Source: Chiloscyllium plagiosum
Lineage: Eukaryota
Direction of reading: 5' to 3'
NCBI RefSeq assembly: GCF_004010195.1
Contig: NC_057711.1
Location: 71,088,797-71,152,796, forward strand
DNA length: 64,000 bases
Made by a program: the position numbers and the translations under genes. How positions within the stretch are numbered: the stretch's first letter is position 1; the number at the start of each line of letters is the position of its first letter. Below, piece by piece: positions 1 through 12,434 of the stretch. The notes under the pieces were generated by a model. The model made no database searches and was not told the DNA's origin. It was given only the letters and a program-made list of their open reading frames with translations.

Positions 1-2017
1 CCTTCTTCCTCTTTCCAAGACATTCAACCTCCCTCGTCAACCAAGGTTCCATCTCACGACCATCTCTTTCCTGCCTGACAGGTACATACATATCAAGGAC
101 ACGTCGTATCTGTTCCTTGAAAAAGTTCCACATTTCAACGACATCCTTCCCTGACAGCCTATGCTCCCAACTTATGCTCCTCAGATCCTGTCTTACAGCA
201 TCGTAATTACCCTGCCCCCAGTTGTAAAACCTACCCTGTTGCATGCACCGATCTCTCTCCATAACCAAGGTGAAAGTCACAGAATTGTGGTCACCATCAC
301 CAAAATGCTCACCCACTAACAAGCCCATCACTTGTCCTGGTTCATTACCGAGTACCAAATTCAATATGGCCTCCCCTCTGGAAGGACAATCTACACACTG
401 AGTTAGAAAAGCTTCCTGGACACATTGCACAAACACCACCCCGTCCAATCTACTTGATCTAAAGAGCTTCCAATCAATATTTGGGAAGTTGAAATCGCCC
501 ATGACTACTACCCTGTGGCTTCTGCACCTTTCCAAAATCTGTTTCCCAATCTGTTTCTCCACATCTCTGCTGCTATTGGGGGGCCTATAGTAAACACCCA
601 ACAAGGTGACTGCTCCTTTCCTATTTCTGACCTCAGCCCATACTACCTCCAAAGGCAGATCCCCCTCGAACTGCCTTTCTGCAGCCATTATACCATTTCT
701 AATTAGCAACACCACACCCCCTCCTTTTTTACCACCCTCTCTAATCTTGCTGAAACATCTGTAACCAGGAACCTCCAACAACCATTCCTGTCCCTTTTCT
801 ATCCACATTTCCGTGATGGCCACAACATCGTAGTCCCAAGTATCAATCCATGCCTTAAGTTCACCCACCTTATTTCTGATACTCCTTGTGTTGAAGTATA
901 TACACTTGAACCCATCTCTGTGTCCGCAAGTATTCCCTGTCAGTGCTACCTTCTCCACAGCCTCCCTACGTTCTTGGACATCCTGAAAAATAGCTAACCT
1001 ATTTGCTGGACTACAAGTCCAGATCCCAGCCCCCTGCCAAATTAGTTTAAGCCCCCCCCCCGGAGAGTGCTAGCAAACCTACCTCCCAGGATATTGGTGC
1101 CCTTCTGGTTCAGATGCAACCCGTCCTGCTTGTACAGGTCCCACCTTCCCCAGAATGCAGTCCAATTGTCCAAATACCTGAAGCCCTCCCTCCTACACCA
1201 TCCTTGCAGCCACGTGTGTTCAACTGCACTCTCTCCCTATTCCTTGCCTCACCGTCACGTGGCACCGGCAACAACCCAGAGATGACGACTGTCCGTCCTA
1301 GCTTTTAGCTTCCAGCCTAACTCCCTGAGCTCCTGAATGACCTCCACACACCTCTTCCTACCTACGTCGTTGGTGCCAATGTGCACCACGACTTCTGGCT
1401 GCACACCCTCCCCCTTAAGGATTCTGAAGACACGGTCCGAGACGTCTCGGACCCTGGCACCCAGGAGGCAACAAACCAACCGAGAGTCTTGCCCATGTCC
1501 ATAGAACTGCCTGTCTGTCCCTCTAACTATAGAGTCTCCTATAACTAGCACTCTCCTTCTCTCCCCCTTTCCCTTCTGACCCTCAGAGCCAGACCTCGTG
1601 CCAGAGACCCAGTCACTGCAGCTTACCCCTGCTAGGCCGTCCCCACCCAACAGTATCCAAAGCGGTACACTTATTGTTGAGGGGAACAACCACAGGGGAT
1701 CCCTGCACTGCCTGCTTCCTCCCCTTCCCACCTCTAACTGTTACCCAGCTACCTCTGTTCTCTGGTGTAACTATGTCCCTGTAGCTTCTATCTATCACCC
1801 TCTCAGCCTCTCGAATAATTCTCAGTTCATCCAACTCCAGCTCTAGTTTCCTAACGCGGTCTGTGAGGAGCTGGAGCTGGCTGCACTTCCTGCAGATGAA
1901 GTCAGCAGGAGCATCGGTGGTCACTCCTACCTCAAACATCCTGCAGGAGGAACATTCCACTGCCTGCGCTGCATAACTCTACACTTAGTCTCCAAAACAA
2001 GAACACTAAGTAGCTTA
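1..2017 (-). mobile_element. CR1-clade LINE, 5' part (ORF1 + start of ORF2 endonuclease); continues beyond the window start
   Basis: The minus strand encodes an ORF1 N-terminus (ECSSCRMFE..FICRKCSQLQLLTDRVRKLELEL), an SGNH esterase (VLVIGDSIVRG, VVVHIGTNDV) and the APE start (KCIYFNTRSIRNKVGEL..YDVVAITEMW, ~910-800). Confidence 0.92.
1040..1975 (-). pseudogene. CR1 ORF1 (zinc finger/coiled coil + SGNH esterase), frameshifted
   Basis: ORF-track pieces 1613..1960 and 1255..1731 lie in different frames and carry CxxC..CxxC, a leucine repeat, and GDS and GTND motifs. Confidence 0.85.
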
Positions 2018-2029
2018 CCTTTTTTTTAG

Positions 2030-2135
2030 TGCTTATGCCCGATGAAGTACTTATGCCCGAAATGTCAATTCCCCTGCTCCTCGGATGCTGCCTGACCAGC
2101 TGTGCTTTTCCAGCTCAACACTCTTGTCTCAAAAG
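2030..2135 (+). mobile_element. Penelope-like element 3'-end remnant
   Basis: gatgaagtacttatgcccgaaatgtc..ctcctcggatgctgcctgacc..gctgtgcttttccagc matches the copies at 12318-12434 and 49791-49919. Confidence 0.7.
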
Positions 2136-3799
2136 GTTTAGTGATAATATCACCAGGCCATCACCTCCCTAATTACCAGCATTTTGGGATTACTAGCATT
2201 GTTGGAATCTTAAATTCCAAACTCTTTCCTCAATTCAGTTCAACATTTGTAATTCATGTTTTTAATTTAGTTTTATCTCCCCAAATGAATTCTTTATTCC
2301 TTAAACAACATCACTATTGCACATTTTATGGTTATCATCACATCACTGTTTGTGTGTGAAAAGTGGCTGCTATATTTTCTACGTTACATGACAATACTTC
2401 AAAATTATTTCATTGGTTATAAAGTACTTGGGAATGTTTGGAGCTGTGAACAATTCATTTCTTATTCTGCTATCTAAACGATAATGACATTGATTGATGT
2501 TCTGCTAAAATTTCATGCACACTTTTGGTTATTCAGTACCTTCTCAAATAACTATCTTTGGATTGGGTCACTGAAGCCAATTAATATGCTTTTGGTGCAA
2601 CCTCAGATCTGAGTGTTTAATACTGTATGGGCCAATAGTTTGCACTTCGCGGTTAGAATGTATTTTTGTTTTATTAATTGAGCTAACAGGGACTTTGCTC
2701 TGAATTTTAAGTTTTTTTTCTCTTTTAACAAACCCCTTGTGCTGATCAAACTTAAGAATTTTATTTAAGTATTCAACTTTGCTTATTTCAGGCTTCATTA
2801 TTGTAAGGAATTTCCACCTCAGTATTTGCTGTTGGTTATATAAAAATGTGCCTCAGCCCAAACTCAGAAGAACATCATATTACCTATTTTGTACTGACCT
2901 CTTAAAGCCAGAGAAGTAACTTCTTGCTTCCCTTTACATTGAATTTATATCCTAGGGATAAAATCTCATGCCTGTCCCACCGCACCAATCTCAATCGTCT
3001 ATGTCACACCTACAGCATGTACTAGCAGTTTATACAGCTCCATCTGTCAGCATAACTTTTTTGCTCTTGTAATAAAGGATAATAATCCATATACCTTCTT
3101 AACCACGTCATTGAATGATAGAGGTCCACAGCACAGAAAACATGTCCTTCAGCCCATCGAGTCTGAGCAGGTCAAAACCAACCACAGAACTATTCTAAAC
3201 CCAGTTTGCAGGATGTGGCCCATCGCCTTGTGTGCCTTGGCATTACAAGTGTATATTAATGCAGGAAACGTGTGTGCTACAATCAAATGGCCATGTCTTG
3301 TAAGAGGTTAGTCAGACAAATTAAAGCGCACAGCTTGGGAATAATATATTGGCATGGTTGAACAAATATGAAACGGAGAATGGGAATAAATGCTTTTTTT
3401 CTCTCAGTGGCAGGCATTGACTAATAAAGTACCACAAGGACCAACGCATGGGTCCCAACTATTCATGATATGTATAAATTACTTCAATAAGAGAATCAAA
3501 TGCAACATTTGCAAGTTTGCTGATGATATAAAACAGAGTGAGTTATAAGTAATTGGGAGGATGCAAGAAGGCCTCATGGTGTTTTAGACAAGTTGAGTGA
3601 GTGGGCCAACACAGGACAGCTACAACAGAATATGACTAAATGTGAAGTTATACACTTCAGTATTAGATATATGGTGATATATTGAGAAGTGTGGATGTGG
3701 AAAGGGATCTGGGTTCCTTACACATCAATCAATGAAGGTAAGAAATCAGGTGCAACAAGAAATACTACGTTGGCCTTAATGGCAAGAGGATTTGAGTTT

Positions 3800-4114
3800 C
3801 ATAGAATCCCTACAATGTGGAAACAGGCCATTCTGCCCATCAAGTCCACACTGAACGTCCACAGAGTATCCCACTAGACCACCCCCTCCCCGCCCTAACC
3901 CTGTAACCATGCACTTCCCATGGTTAATCCACATAACCTATACATCTGAGGACACTACGGACAATTGTGCATGGCCAATCTACTTAACCTGCACATCTTT
4001 GGACTGTGGGAGGAAAACCAGAACACCCGGTGGAAACCCATGTAAACACAGGGAGAGTGTGCAAACCCCACACAGTCACCCAAGACTGGAATTCAACTCA
4101 GGCCCCTTGTGCTG
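3800..4114 (-). mobile_element. HE1-like tRNA-derived V-SINE
   Basis: Reverse complement of the SINE body at 26411 (gactgtgtggg..ttgcacact, cctcccacagtccaaagatgtgcaggtta), with a CR1-like tail. Confidence 0.85.
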
Positions 4115-4530
4115 AACAGAGTTCAGAATTAGGAATGTCATACTGTGGTTATACAGGGTCTTGGTGAGTCCACACCTGCAGTATTGTGAACAGTTTTTGT
4201 CTCTCTCCATAAGAAAACCTATACTTGCCACATGTGAAATGGAGATTCACTAGGCTGCAATGGATGGCAGGACTATCCTATAAGAGTTTAGCTAGTGTAC
4301 TCATGAGAGTTTGGAAGGATGACACAGGATCTAATTGAAACATAAAATTCTGTCAGGACTGGTCAAACTAGATGCAGGGAGGATGTTTTCATGAGTTGGG
4401 AAGTCTAGATCCGGGGAAACAGACTGAGGCAATGAGGTGACCATTGAGGATTGAGACGAGGAAAGGTCTTTTTCACTCAAAGGAGAGAAAACCGGTAGAA
4501 TAGCCAAACATAGAATGCTGTGGAGTCTTT

Positions 4531-6205
4531 ATATAGAGTCATAGAAATGTACAGCACGCAAACAGACTCTTCTGTCCAACTCATCCATGCCGACCAAACA
4601 TCCCAACCCAATCTAGTCCCACCTGCTAGCATCCGATCCATATCCCTCCAAACCCCTCCTATTCATATACCCATTCAAATTAAATGTTGCAATTGTACCA
4701 GCCTCCACCACTTCCTCTGGCAACTCATTCCATATACACACCACTCTCCACATGGAAAAGTTGCCCCATTGGTCTCTATTGTATCTTTCCCCTCTCACCC
4801 TAAACCTATGCCCTCTAGTTCTGGACTCCCCCACTCCAGGGAAAAGACTTAGTCTATTCATCTTATCCATGCGCCTCATGATCTTATAAACCTCTATAAG
4901 GTCACCCCTCAACCTTCAATACTCCAGGGAAAATGGCCCCAGCCTATTCAACCTCTCCCTATTGCTCAAATCCTCCAACCCTAGCAACATCCTTGTAAAT
5001 CTTTTCTGAACCCTTTCAAGTTTCACAACATCCTTCCGATAGGAAGGAGACCAGAATTGCATGCAATATTCCAAAAGTGTCCTTACCAACATCCTGTACA
5101 GACGCAACATGACCTCCCAACTCCTATACTCAATGCTCTGACCATTAAAGAAAAGCATACCAAACACCTTCTTCACTATCCTATCTACCTGAAATTCTAC
5201 TTTCAAGGAACTATTAACCTACACTCCAAGGTCTCTTTGTTCAGCAACACTCCCTACGACCTTACAATTGAGTTTATAAGTCCTGCTAAGATTTGCTTTC
5301 CCAAAAGGCAGCACCTCACATTTATCTAAATTAAACTCCATCTGTCACTCCTCAGCCCATTGGCCCATCTGATCAAGATCCCATTGTAATCTGAGGTAAC
5401 CTTCTTCACTGTCCACTACACCTCCAATTTTGGTGTCATCAACAAACTTACTAACTATACCTCCTATGTTCATATCCAAATCATCCATGTAAATGACAAA
5501 AATTAGTGGACCGAGACTGATTCTTGTGGCACACCACTGGTCACAGGCCTCCAGTCTGAAAAACAACCCTCCACCACTACCCTCTGTCTTCTACTTTTGA
5601 GCCAGTTCTCTATCTAAATGGCTAGTTCTCCCTGAATTTCATGAGATCTAACCTTGCTAACCAGTCTCCCATGGGGAACCTTGTCAAACGCCTCACTGAA
5701 GTCCATATAGATCTCGTCCCCTGCTCTGCCCTCATCAATCCTCTTTGTTATTTCTTCAAAAAGCTCAATCACGTTTGTGAGACATTATTTCCCACGCACA
5801 AAGCGATGTTGACTATCCCTAATCAGTCCTTGCCTTTCCAAATACGTGCAAATCCTGTCCCTCAGGATTCCCTCCAATAACTTGCCCACCACTGACATCA
5901 GGCTCATCAGTCTATACTTCTCTGGCTTGTCCTTACCACCTTTCTTAAATAACGGTACCACATTAGCCAACCTCCAGTCTTCTGGCACCTCACCTGTGAC
6001 TATCGATGATACAAATACATCAGCAAGGGGTCCAACAATCACTTCTCTAGCTTCCCACAGAATTTTAGCGTACACCTGATCAGGTCCTGGGGACTTATCC
6101 ATTTTTATGCGTTTCAAGACATCAAATACTTTCTCCTCTGTAATATGGATATTTTTCAAGATGTCACCATCTATTTCCCTACATTCTATATTTTCCATGT
6201 CCTTC
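4531..6205 (-). mobile_element. CR1 LINE, 5'-truncated (RT + 3' UTR)
   Basis: Minus-strand ORF pieces KSPGPD, PEDWRLANVVPLFKKG, SKFVDDTKIGG, LEYCMQFWSP, RGDLIEVYKIM; (ctatga)-type tail at ~4535. Confidence 0.93.
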
Positions 6206-7175
6206 TAAAGGCATTGAGGGGTATGGGGATAAAATGGGAATATGGCATTGGGATAGAATTTCAGGAATGCTTTTATTGAGTGGTGAAGCAGGCTCAAAGG
6301 GCCAAATAGACTTCTCCTAATCTGAGTTTCCATGTTTCTAGGCACTGTTTAGTTCTCACCCTCAGTGACACTCAATGCTCAAATTGCGCACGTTGAAGGG
6401 AGTTATAATACTGGGATTTCAGTCAATTAACCACAACACTAGGATTAATTAATCTGTAAACAGCTTTATTACTAGTTATATTGTGAAACAGGTCTGCTAT
6501 TAGAGAGTTACTCTCTCTGATTGCCCACTGGTTAAAATATTTGCATAAAAGTCCTTGGTTCAAGTTTTTGTATTAGATATTAATCCATTTATTTTAAACA
6601 GACTAATATTAAAACAACACGCAAATTAATTTCACACTAATGTTCTTATCAGTATGCTGCAACAAAGCCTCACAATAAGTTCCATAATGTTTCAATACTT
6701 GTTACATTGTTTTCAGTAGTTATTTAAGCTTGCTAGTTGAATAACAGTCTAAGACAGCATTCTGCTAGCTCCCACATGCAGACATGTTGAGGAAGAAGAC
6801 CATTTAATCTTCAGTTGGATTTTACGGTTTGATTGGAAAAAGAATGTTTGGCACAGCGATGAACCTAGCAGAGAACTGACATTCGGGAGAATTGACTACA
6901 GGCAGTAAGTGCCTTCATGAAACGAAAAATGGGTTCAACTGAAAATTGACAGCAGTAGATGTAAGAATAGAAATGCATCATATCACACTGCAGTGACAGC
7001 TAAATGGTTCAAAAAGACAATAGGTCTACAAAAATGTTAGCAGTTATTTTTGTATAAAATAAAACAGATCTGATGATATGTCATGATCTTCATCCATGAC
7101 AATTCGATGTTGGGAATAAAGTATGTAACGCCAATATCTTTTGATCATTTTCCATGTATGTTACACAATGCTTAG

Positions 7176-7822
7176 TGTCACAAAGCTAGTCCCTTTTTTT
7201 CTAAAAACTGTTCCTTGGCTCAAGGAGACTCTGCCCTTGGTTTTTTTTTCAGAGGGGCAATAAACCGGGCCATCTCAGATCAGTCTGGTTTGGTACAGAG
7301 ATAAAAAGGATTTTGAGAGGCCTTTTGTTGATATGTAAACAGATGAGACTTCAGGCCAAAGTGGTCATTTTTAGAAGTGACCTGTATAAAGAGAGGGGAG
7401 TGGTCAGCTCTCTAACTGACTAGAGATGAGCAGTTTTAGTTGAGTCTTGAACTGGGAAGTTCAACTGGGAGCTGTGTGGAAACTCTCTCTCGTTTCTGCT
7501 CTTCAACTTCAACGTTTAAACATGTGTTCTATTTATACTGGTTTTTAAAAGGAGTTTGCTTATTCAGACTGTGGTGTTTATTCAGAACAGTATCATTAAG
7601 TCCAGTTGGATAGGCTGAGTTCGGTAGAGATTCTTTATTCTGTTCTTTGTGTTTCATTGTGTAATTTTGTGAATAAATTTTTATCTGTTTTAAAATCGAG
7701 TAGACAACCTAGCTATCTTACTCCGGGTAGTTTTCACTGCATACTTACCGAAACAAATTTCAGGTTAGGTCTAGGGCTGCCTGCTTAGGAATGTTTCAAG
7801 TGGTTTCACCTAGTCCATATCA
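7176..7822 (+). repeat. 5' LTR of Gmr1-type element
   Basis: Starts tgtcacaaagct, ends ccatatca; directly repeated at 13510-13934. Confidence 0.9.
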
Positions 7823-7825
7823 GAC

Positions 7826-7846
7826 TGGGGGCTCTTTGCAGGATTT
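7826..7846 (+). promoter_or_regulatory. Primer-binding site, tRNA-Pro-like
   Basis: tgggggctc(tttgca)ggattt lies 3 nt after the LTR and resembles TGGGGGCTCGTCCGGGATTT, the complement of the tRNA-Pro 3' end. Confidence 0.7.
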
Positions 7847-7968
7847 TAAACAATGAGTGGTAGGTGCTAGTGTCTGTATTTCAGGTTTGGGGTCGGTTGG
7901 GTAGACAAAGCTTGGGATAGGAATGGCTCTTTCAGTCACCAAAAGTTTTCTGGATGTGGCTGCGGTGA

Positions 7969-8915
7969 CAATAGACAATAGGTGCAGGAGTAGGCCATTC
8001 AGCCCTTCGAGCCTGCACCACCATTCAATATGATCATGGCTGATCATCCTTAATCAGTATCCTGTTCCTGCCTTATCTCCATAACCCTTGATTCCACAAT
8101 CCTTGAGAGCTCTATCCAACTCTTTCTTAAATGAATCCAGAGACTGAGCCTTCACTGCCCTCTGGGGCAGAGCATTCCACACAGCCACCACTCTCTGGGT
8201 GAAGAAGTTTCTCCTCATCTCTGTCCTAAATGGTCTACCCCGTATTTTTAAGCTGTGTCCTCTGTTTCGGCACTCACCCCGCAGCGGAAACATGTTGCCT
8301 GCCGCCAGAGTGTCCAATCCTTTGATCATCTTATATGTCTCAACCAGATCCCCTCTCAGTCTTCTAAACTCAAGGGTACACAAGCCCAGTCGCTCCAGTC
8401 TTTCAGTGTAAGGTAATCCCGCCATTCCAGGAATTGACCTCGTGAACCTACGCTGCATTCCCTCAATAGCCAGAATGTCTCTCCTCAAATTTGGAGACCA
8501 GAACTGCACACAGTACTCCAGGTGTGGTCTCACCAGGGCCCTGTACAGCTGCAGAAGCACCTCTTTGCTTCTATACTCAATCCCTCTTGTTATGAAGGCC
8601 AGCATACTATTAGCCTTTTCGCTACCTGCTGTAACTGCATGCTTACCTTAATTGACTGGTGTACAAGAACACCAAAGATCTCTTTGTACTGGCCCTTTAC
8701 CTAAATTGATTCCATTTAGATGGTAATCTGCTTCCTGTTCTTACCAAAGTGGATAACCATACATTTATCCATATTAAACTGCATCTGCCATGCATCTGAC
8801 CACTCACCTAACTTGTCCAGGTCACCCTGTAATCTCCTAACATCCTCATCACATTTCACCCTGCCACCCAGCTTAGTATCATCAGCAAATTTGCTAATGT
8901 TATTACTAATACCAT
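7969..8915 (-). mobile_element. CR1 LINE 3' fragment inserted in gag
   Basis: ORF 8054..8605 ([29 protein letters not shown]) and ISKFADDTKLGG; (ctattgt)-type tail at ~7970. Confidence 0.92.
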
Positions 8916-8984
8916 CTAATGTTATTACTAATAACATTACTAATGTTATTACTAATACCATGCTAATGTTATTACTAATAACAA
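8894..8984. repeat. Four ~22-24 bp tandem copies of the CR1 5'-junction sequence, including a perfect hairpin
   Basis: ctaatgttattactaata repeated at 8894, 8916, 8940 and 8963; 8917-8939 reads TAATGTTATTA-C-TAATAACATTA. Confidence 0.9.
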
Positions 8985-10499
8985 CTACCACTTGCTGGAA
9001 ATTTTGCAGCAAGTGAATAAGACCAAGTTGCAAGAATTAGCAGAGAAGCTGGAATTAGAACTGCCTGCTTCTGTGAGGAAAGGGTGGATAACTACAGCAG
9101 TAGCTCAGCATTTAAACTTGCGAGAGAAACCATTAGAGTCTATAGAGATGGCAAGAATTCAATTGCAAATGAAGTAGCTTGAGTTAGAAGCGAGAGATAA
9201 GGAAAGGGCAGCAGAAATGAGCAGTTTGAGTTATGATTAGAAGCAGAAGAGAGAGAAAAGGAGAGAGCAGAGGAAGAAAAAGAGAGAGCTTTCGAACTTC
9301 AAAAACTGGCGCTTGAAAAAGAAAGTCAGCTTAAAAGGCTGGAGATAAAGGCTGAGGGTAGACTCAGTGAGACGTCGTGTGAACTCATGAGAAAGAGAAG
9401 AGAGTTAAAACACCAAGGTTAGCAGCTGAAGTGGCTGATGATTATGTGCTGGTCCATAAAACACAGTTTGGCTTCCAGAATCAATTTCAGTCCATGGGGC
9501 AAAGAGAAATCCTCATGTGGAAAGGGAAAGGTAGATCTCAGTGAAGATCATAAGGATAACTTACCACTGGGTAAAAAAAATGCTTGAGAGGGACAAAGAA
9601 GTTAAAAGCCTCCAGTGTTCTAATTGTAATAAAGTGAGCCACATGAAATCACAGTGTTGGTGGGCTAGGAGAAAGCCAGATGTAGGAAAACCAGGCAAGC
9701 TTGGAAGTTTTGTTGGACACGTAACAAAAAGCATAAAGGAAGTTAGACAACTGCCTCAGAGTGTACAAGATGATCAGAGGTTTATTAAGGTGGAAGTGCC
9801 AGATCTGCTTAAAAAATATATAAAGTTTATTCACATAGTCCTGGAGCAGTGGGTAAGGAGGTTACAATATTAATCCTCTCAATCTGTAATGCTGAAGGAT
9901 GAGGAGATATACACTCCTGAGAGACTATTGCCAGAAAAAGTACTGGTAACAGGAATTCATGGTGAGACTAAAAACGCTCAATTATGTAAAGTGAGGCTAG
10001 AGAGTCCAGAGAAAAGTGAAGAATTTGTGGTAGGAGTATACTGAACAAACTTTCAGCTCCAGGGATACAACTATCCTTGCAAATGATATAGCTGATTTGC
10101 AGAAGGACATGCTGTCTACTCTGGTTAAAAGCCAGCGGAGAAACAGGCAACTGAAGATCTAGAGAATGTTTATCCAGGAATTTTCCTGATTGTGTGATCA
10201 CAGGATCACAGAGGCACAAGCTGAAGCAGGAGAAATCAAAAGGCACAGATAAGGAAGCTGACATAGTGTTATCCTAGACATTTTTTGATCAGCTAAGTGG
10301 GACAGAGAAGGAGCAAATAGGTAAATATGCAAGTATTTTTAGCTCTGCTACAATGAGTGAATTACAGCAGAAAAATGAGGAGTTAAAACAGTTATATCAA
10401 AAGGCATTTACAAAGAAAGAAAGTGAATGCATTCCTGTGTGTTATTACTTAACAAATGATGTCTTAATGAGGAAATGGAGACCATCACACATTCAAGCA

Positions 10500-11643
10500 G
10501 ATGAAAAATGGACAGAGACTCATTAAATTGTTTTGCCAGTAGAAAATAGAAAGGATGTGCTGCGAGTGTCGCATGAGCTACCACTTGGAGGTCATTTATG
10601 GGCGAGGAAAACACAGGCTAAAATACAAAGACATTTTTACTCACCTGGACTACACAAAAGATGTAGTTGAATTTTGATAGATGTGTCATACATGTCAGCT
10701 AATCGGAACGCCACAGGCAGTAATAAAACCTGCACCTTTAATCCCTATTCCAGCATTTGAGGAACCTTTCACAAGAGCCTTGATTGATTGCATAGGTCCC
10801 CTACCTCAAACAAAAAGTGGGAATAAGTATTTATTCACAATAATGGATGTGTCGACTAGATTTCCAGAGGCAATCTCATTGCCGAACATCACAGCGAAAA
10901 GGGTTGTAGAAGAATTACTTAAATCTTTTACGAGATATGGACTACCAATAGAGATTCAGTCAAATCAAGGATCAAACTTCACATCCAAACTATTCAAGAA
11001 GCTTATGGATAACTTGGGAATAAAACAATTCAAATCTACTGCGTGCCATCTGGAATCGCAGGGAACACTGGAGAGATGGCATCAAACACTGAAGACCATG
11101 TTGAGGGCTTATGGTCAGGATTATCCAGATGATTGGGATAAGGGAGTTACATTTGTACTTTTTGCGATCAGAGATACACCAAATGAATCAACCAAATTCA
11201 GTCCATTTGAATTAAGTTTTTGGCATGAAGTAAGAGAACCGTTAAAATTGCTTAAGGAGAAATTAATAAGTCAGAATTCAGAGACCACCCATTTGGACAA
11301 TGTGCCAAATTTTAGAGAACGATTAAATAGAGCTGGAGAGTTGGCTAGACAGCATTTAAAAGTATCACAGCATACAATGAAACAAGAAGCGGATAATAAA
11401 TCACAAATTTGCGACTTTGCAATTGGGGATAAGGCATTGGTGTTACTTTCAGTAACAGGTGAGCCTTTAAAAGCAGGATGTAGTGGGCCATATCATATTG
11501 AGAGGAAATTGAGTGAGGTGAACTACTTGATAAGGACTCCAGACAGGAAGAAATCTCACAGAGTGTGTCATGTGAATATGCTCAAAATGTATTTTGATAG
11601 GGAAGGAAAGCAAGAGGATTTGGTGTTAATGACTACAGCATAG
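10500..11643 (+). pseudogene. Integrase (HHCC + rve core + GPY/F C-terminus) of Gmr1-type element
   Basis: HELPLGGH, CHTCQ, DCIGPLP, IQSNQGSNF (catalytic D to N), LERWHQTLK, SPFEL, SGPY. Confidence 0.9.
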
Positions 11644-12206
11644 AAGGAAGAACCAAGTTCAGAGGATTCTGAATTGGACATTCCTCAAATCAAATTGGAC
11701 AATGATGAAGTTGTCAAAAATTGGGATAAATTATTAAGTTACCTTCCATAAGAAAATTGAAAGATTTATTACAATCAAATGGGGAGATATGCAGAAATAA
11801 GCTGGGAAGTACCAACCTAATTGTGTATGATGTCGATATAGGAGATGCTGTTCTGATTAAGCAACATCATTATAGGCATGACCCTCAAAAGTTGACACAG
11901 GTTTAGAAGAAGATAGAGCGCATGCTCCAAGATGGCATAATCGAAGTGAGTTACAGTGACTGCAGCTCACCCATAGTCATGGTGCCAAAGCCAGATGGCA
12001 CCCAACTGTTATGTGTGGACTATCGCAAAGTTAACACCATTACAAAGACTGATGCATTTCCAATTCCACGGTTGGAGGACTGTGTTGAAAATGTGGGACA
12101 AGCAACTTACATTTCTAAGTTGGAATTGCTCAGGGGCTACTGGCAAGTACCTCTGTCAGAGAAAGCAAAGGTAATTTTGGCTTTTGTAATGCCAAATGGA
12201 CTAAAT

Positions 12207-12434
12207 TAAAGTCTAGATTAAAGTGGTGCTGGAAAAACATAGCAGGTCAGACAGCATCTGAGGAGCAAGAAAATCGACGTTTCAGGCAAAAGCCCTTCAT
12301 CAGGAAAGCCCATAAGAGCTTTTGCCTGAAACGTCGATTTTCTTGCTTCTCGGATGCTGTCTGACCTGCTGTGTTTTTCCAGCACCACTCTAATCTAGAC
12401 TCTGGTTTCCAGCATTTGCAGTCCTCACTTTTGC
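12207..12434. mobile_element. Penelope-derived hairpin insertion with 6-bp TSD (CTAAAT)
   Basis: 83-bp inverted arms at 12211-12293 and 12318-12400; CTAAAT at 12201-12206 and 12435-12440; removing it restores the RT reading PNGL(N/Y)QFKV. Confidence 0.88.
12270..12306 (-). ncRNA. Minimal (PLE-type) hammerhead ribozyme motif
   Basis: The minus strand reads CTGATGA-A-GGGC-TTTT-GCCT-GAAACGTC: HHR core, stem II, palindromic ACGT in place of stem III, and a GUC site. Stem I is weak. Confidence 0.6.

Larger units (their letters stand above)
3280..6340 (+). mobile_element. Old degenerate CR1 RT fragment, interrupted by an HE1 SINE (3800-4114) and a younger CR1 (4531-6205)
   Basis: Degenerate RT motifs (gtaccacaagga.., KFADD at ~3513, RPHLxYC at ~4165). 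The 3' end resumes at ~6206 (ggcattgaggggtatgggg...gtttcta). Confidence 0.75.
7923..9700 (+). pseudogene. gag of Gmr1-type element (interrupted by CR1, internal deletion)
   Basis: MALSVTKSFL.. start; resumes ~8992 (LQQVNKTKLQELAEKLEL); charged coiled coil; LAAEVADDYVLVH; CCHC knuckle CSNCNKVSHMKSQC. Confidence 0.8.

Noticed and set aside
8894..8984. Short direct repeats reminiscent of a CRISPR array
   Set aside because: No unique spacers, vertebrate context, and the unit derives from the adjacent CR1 sequence.
10681..11643. 320-aa uninterrupted integrase ORF as a possible domesticated gene
   Set aside because: It sits inside a decayed element with LTRs, the second catalytic Asp is Asn, and the upstream HHCC part is broken by stops and a frameshift.
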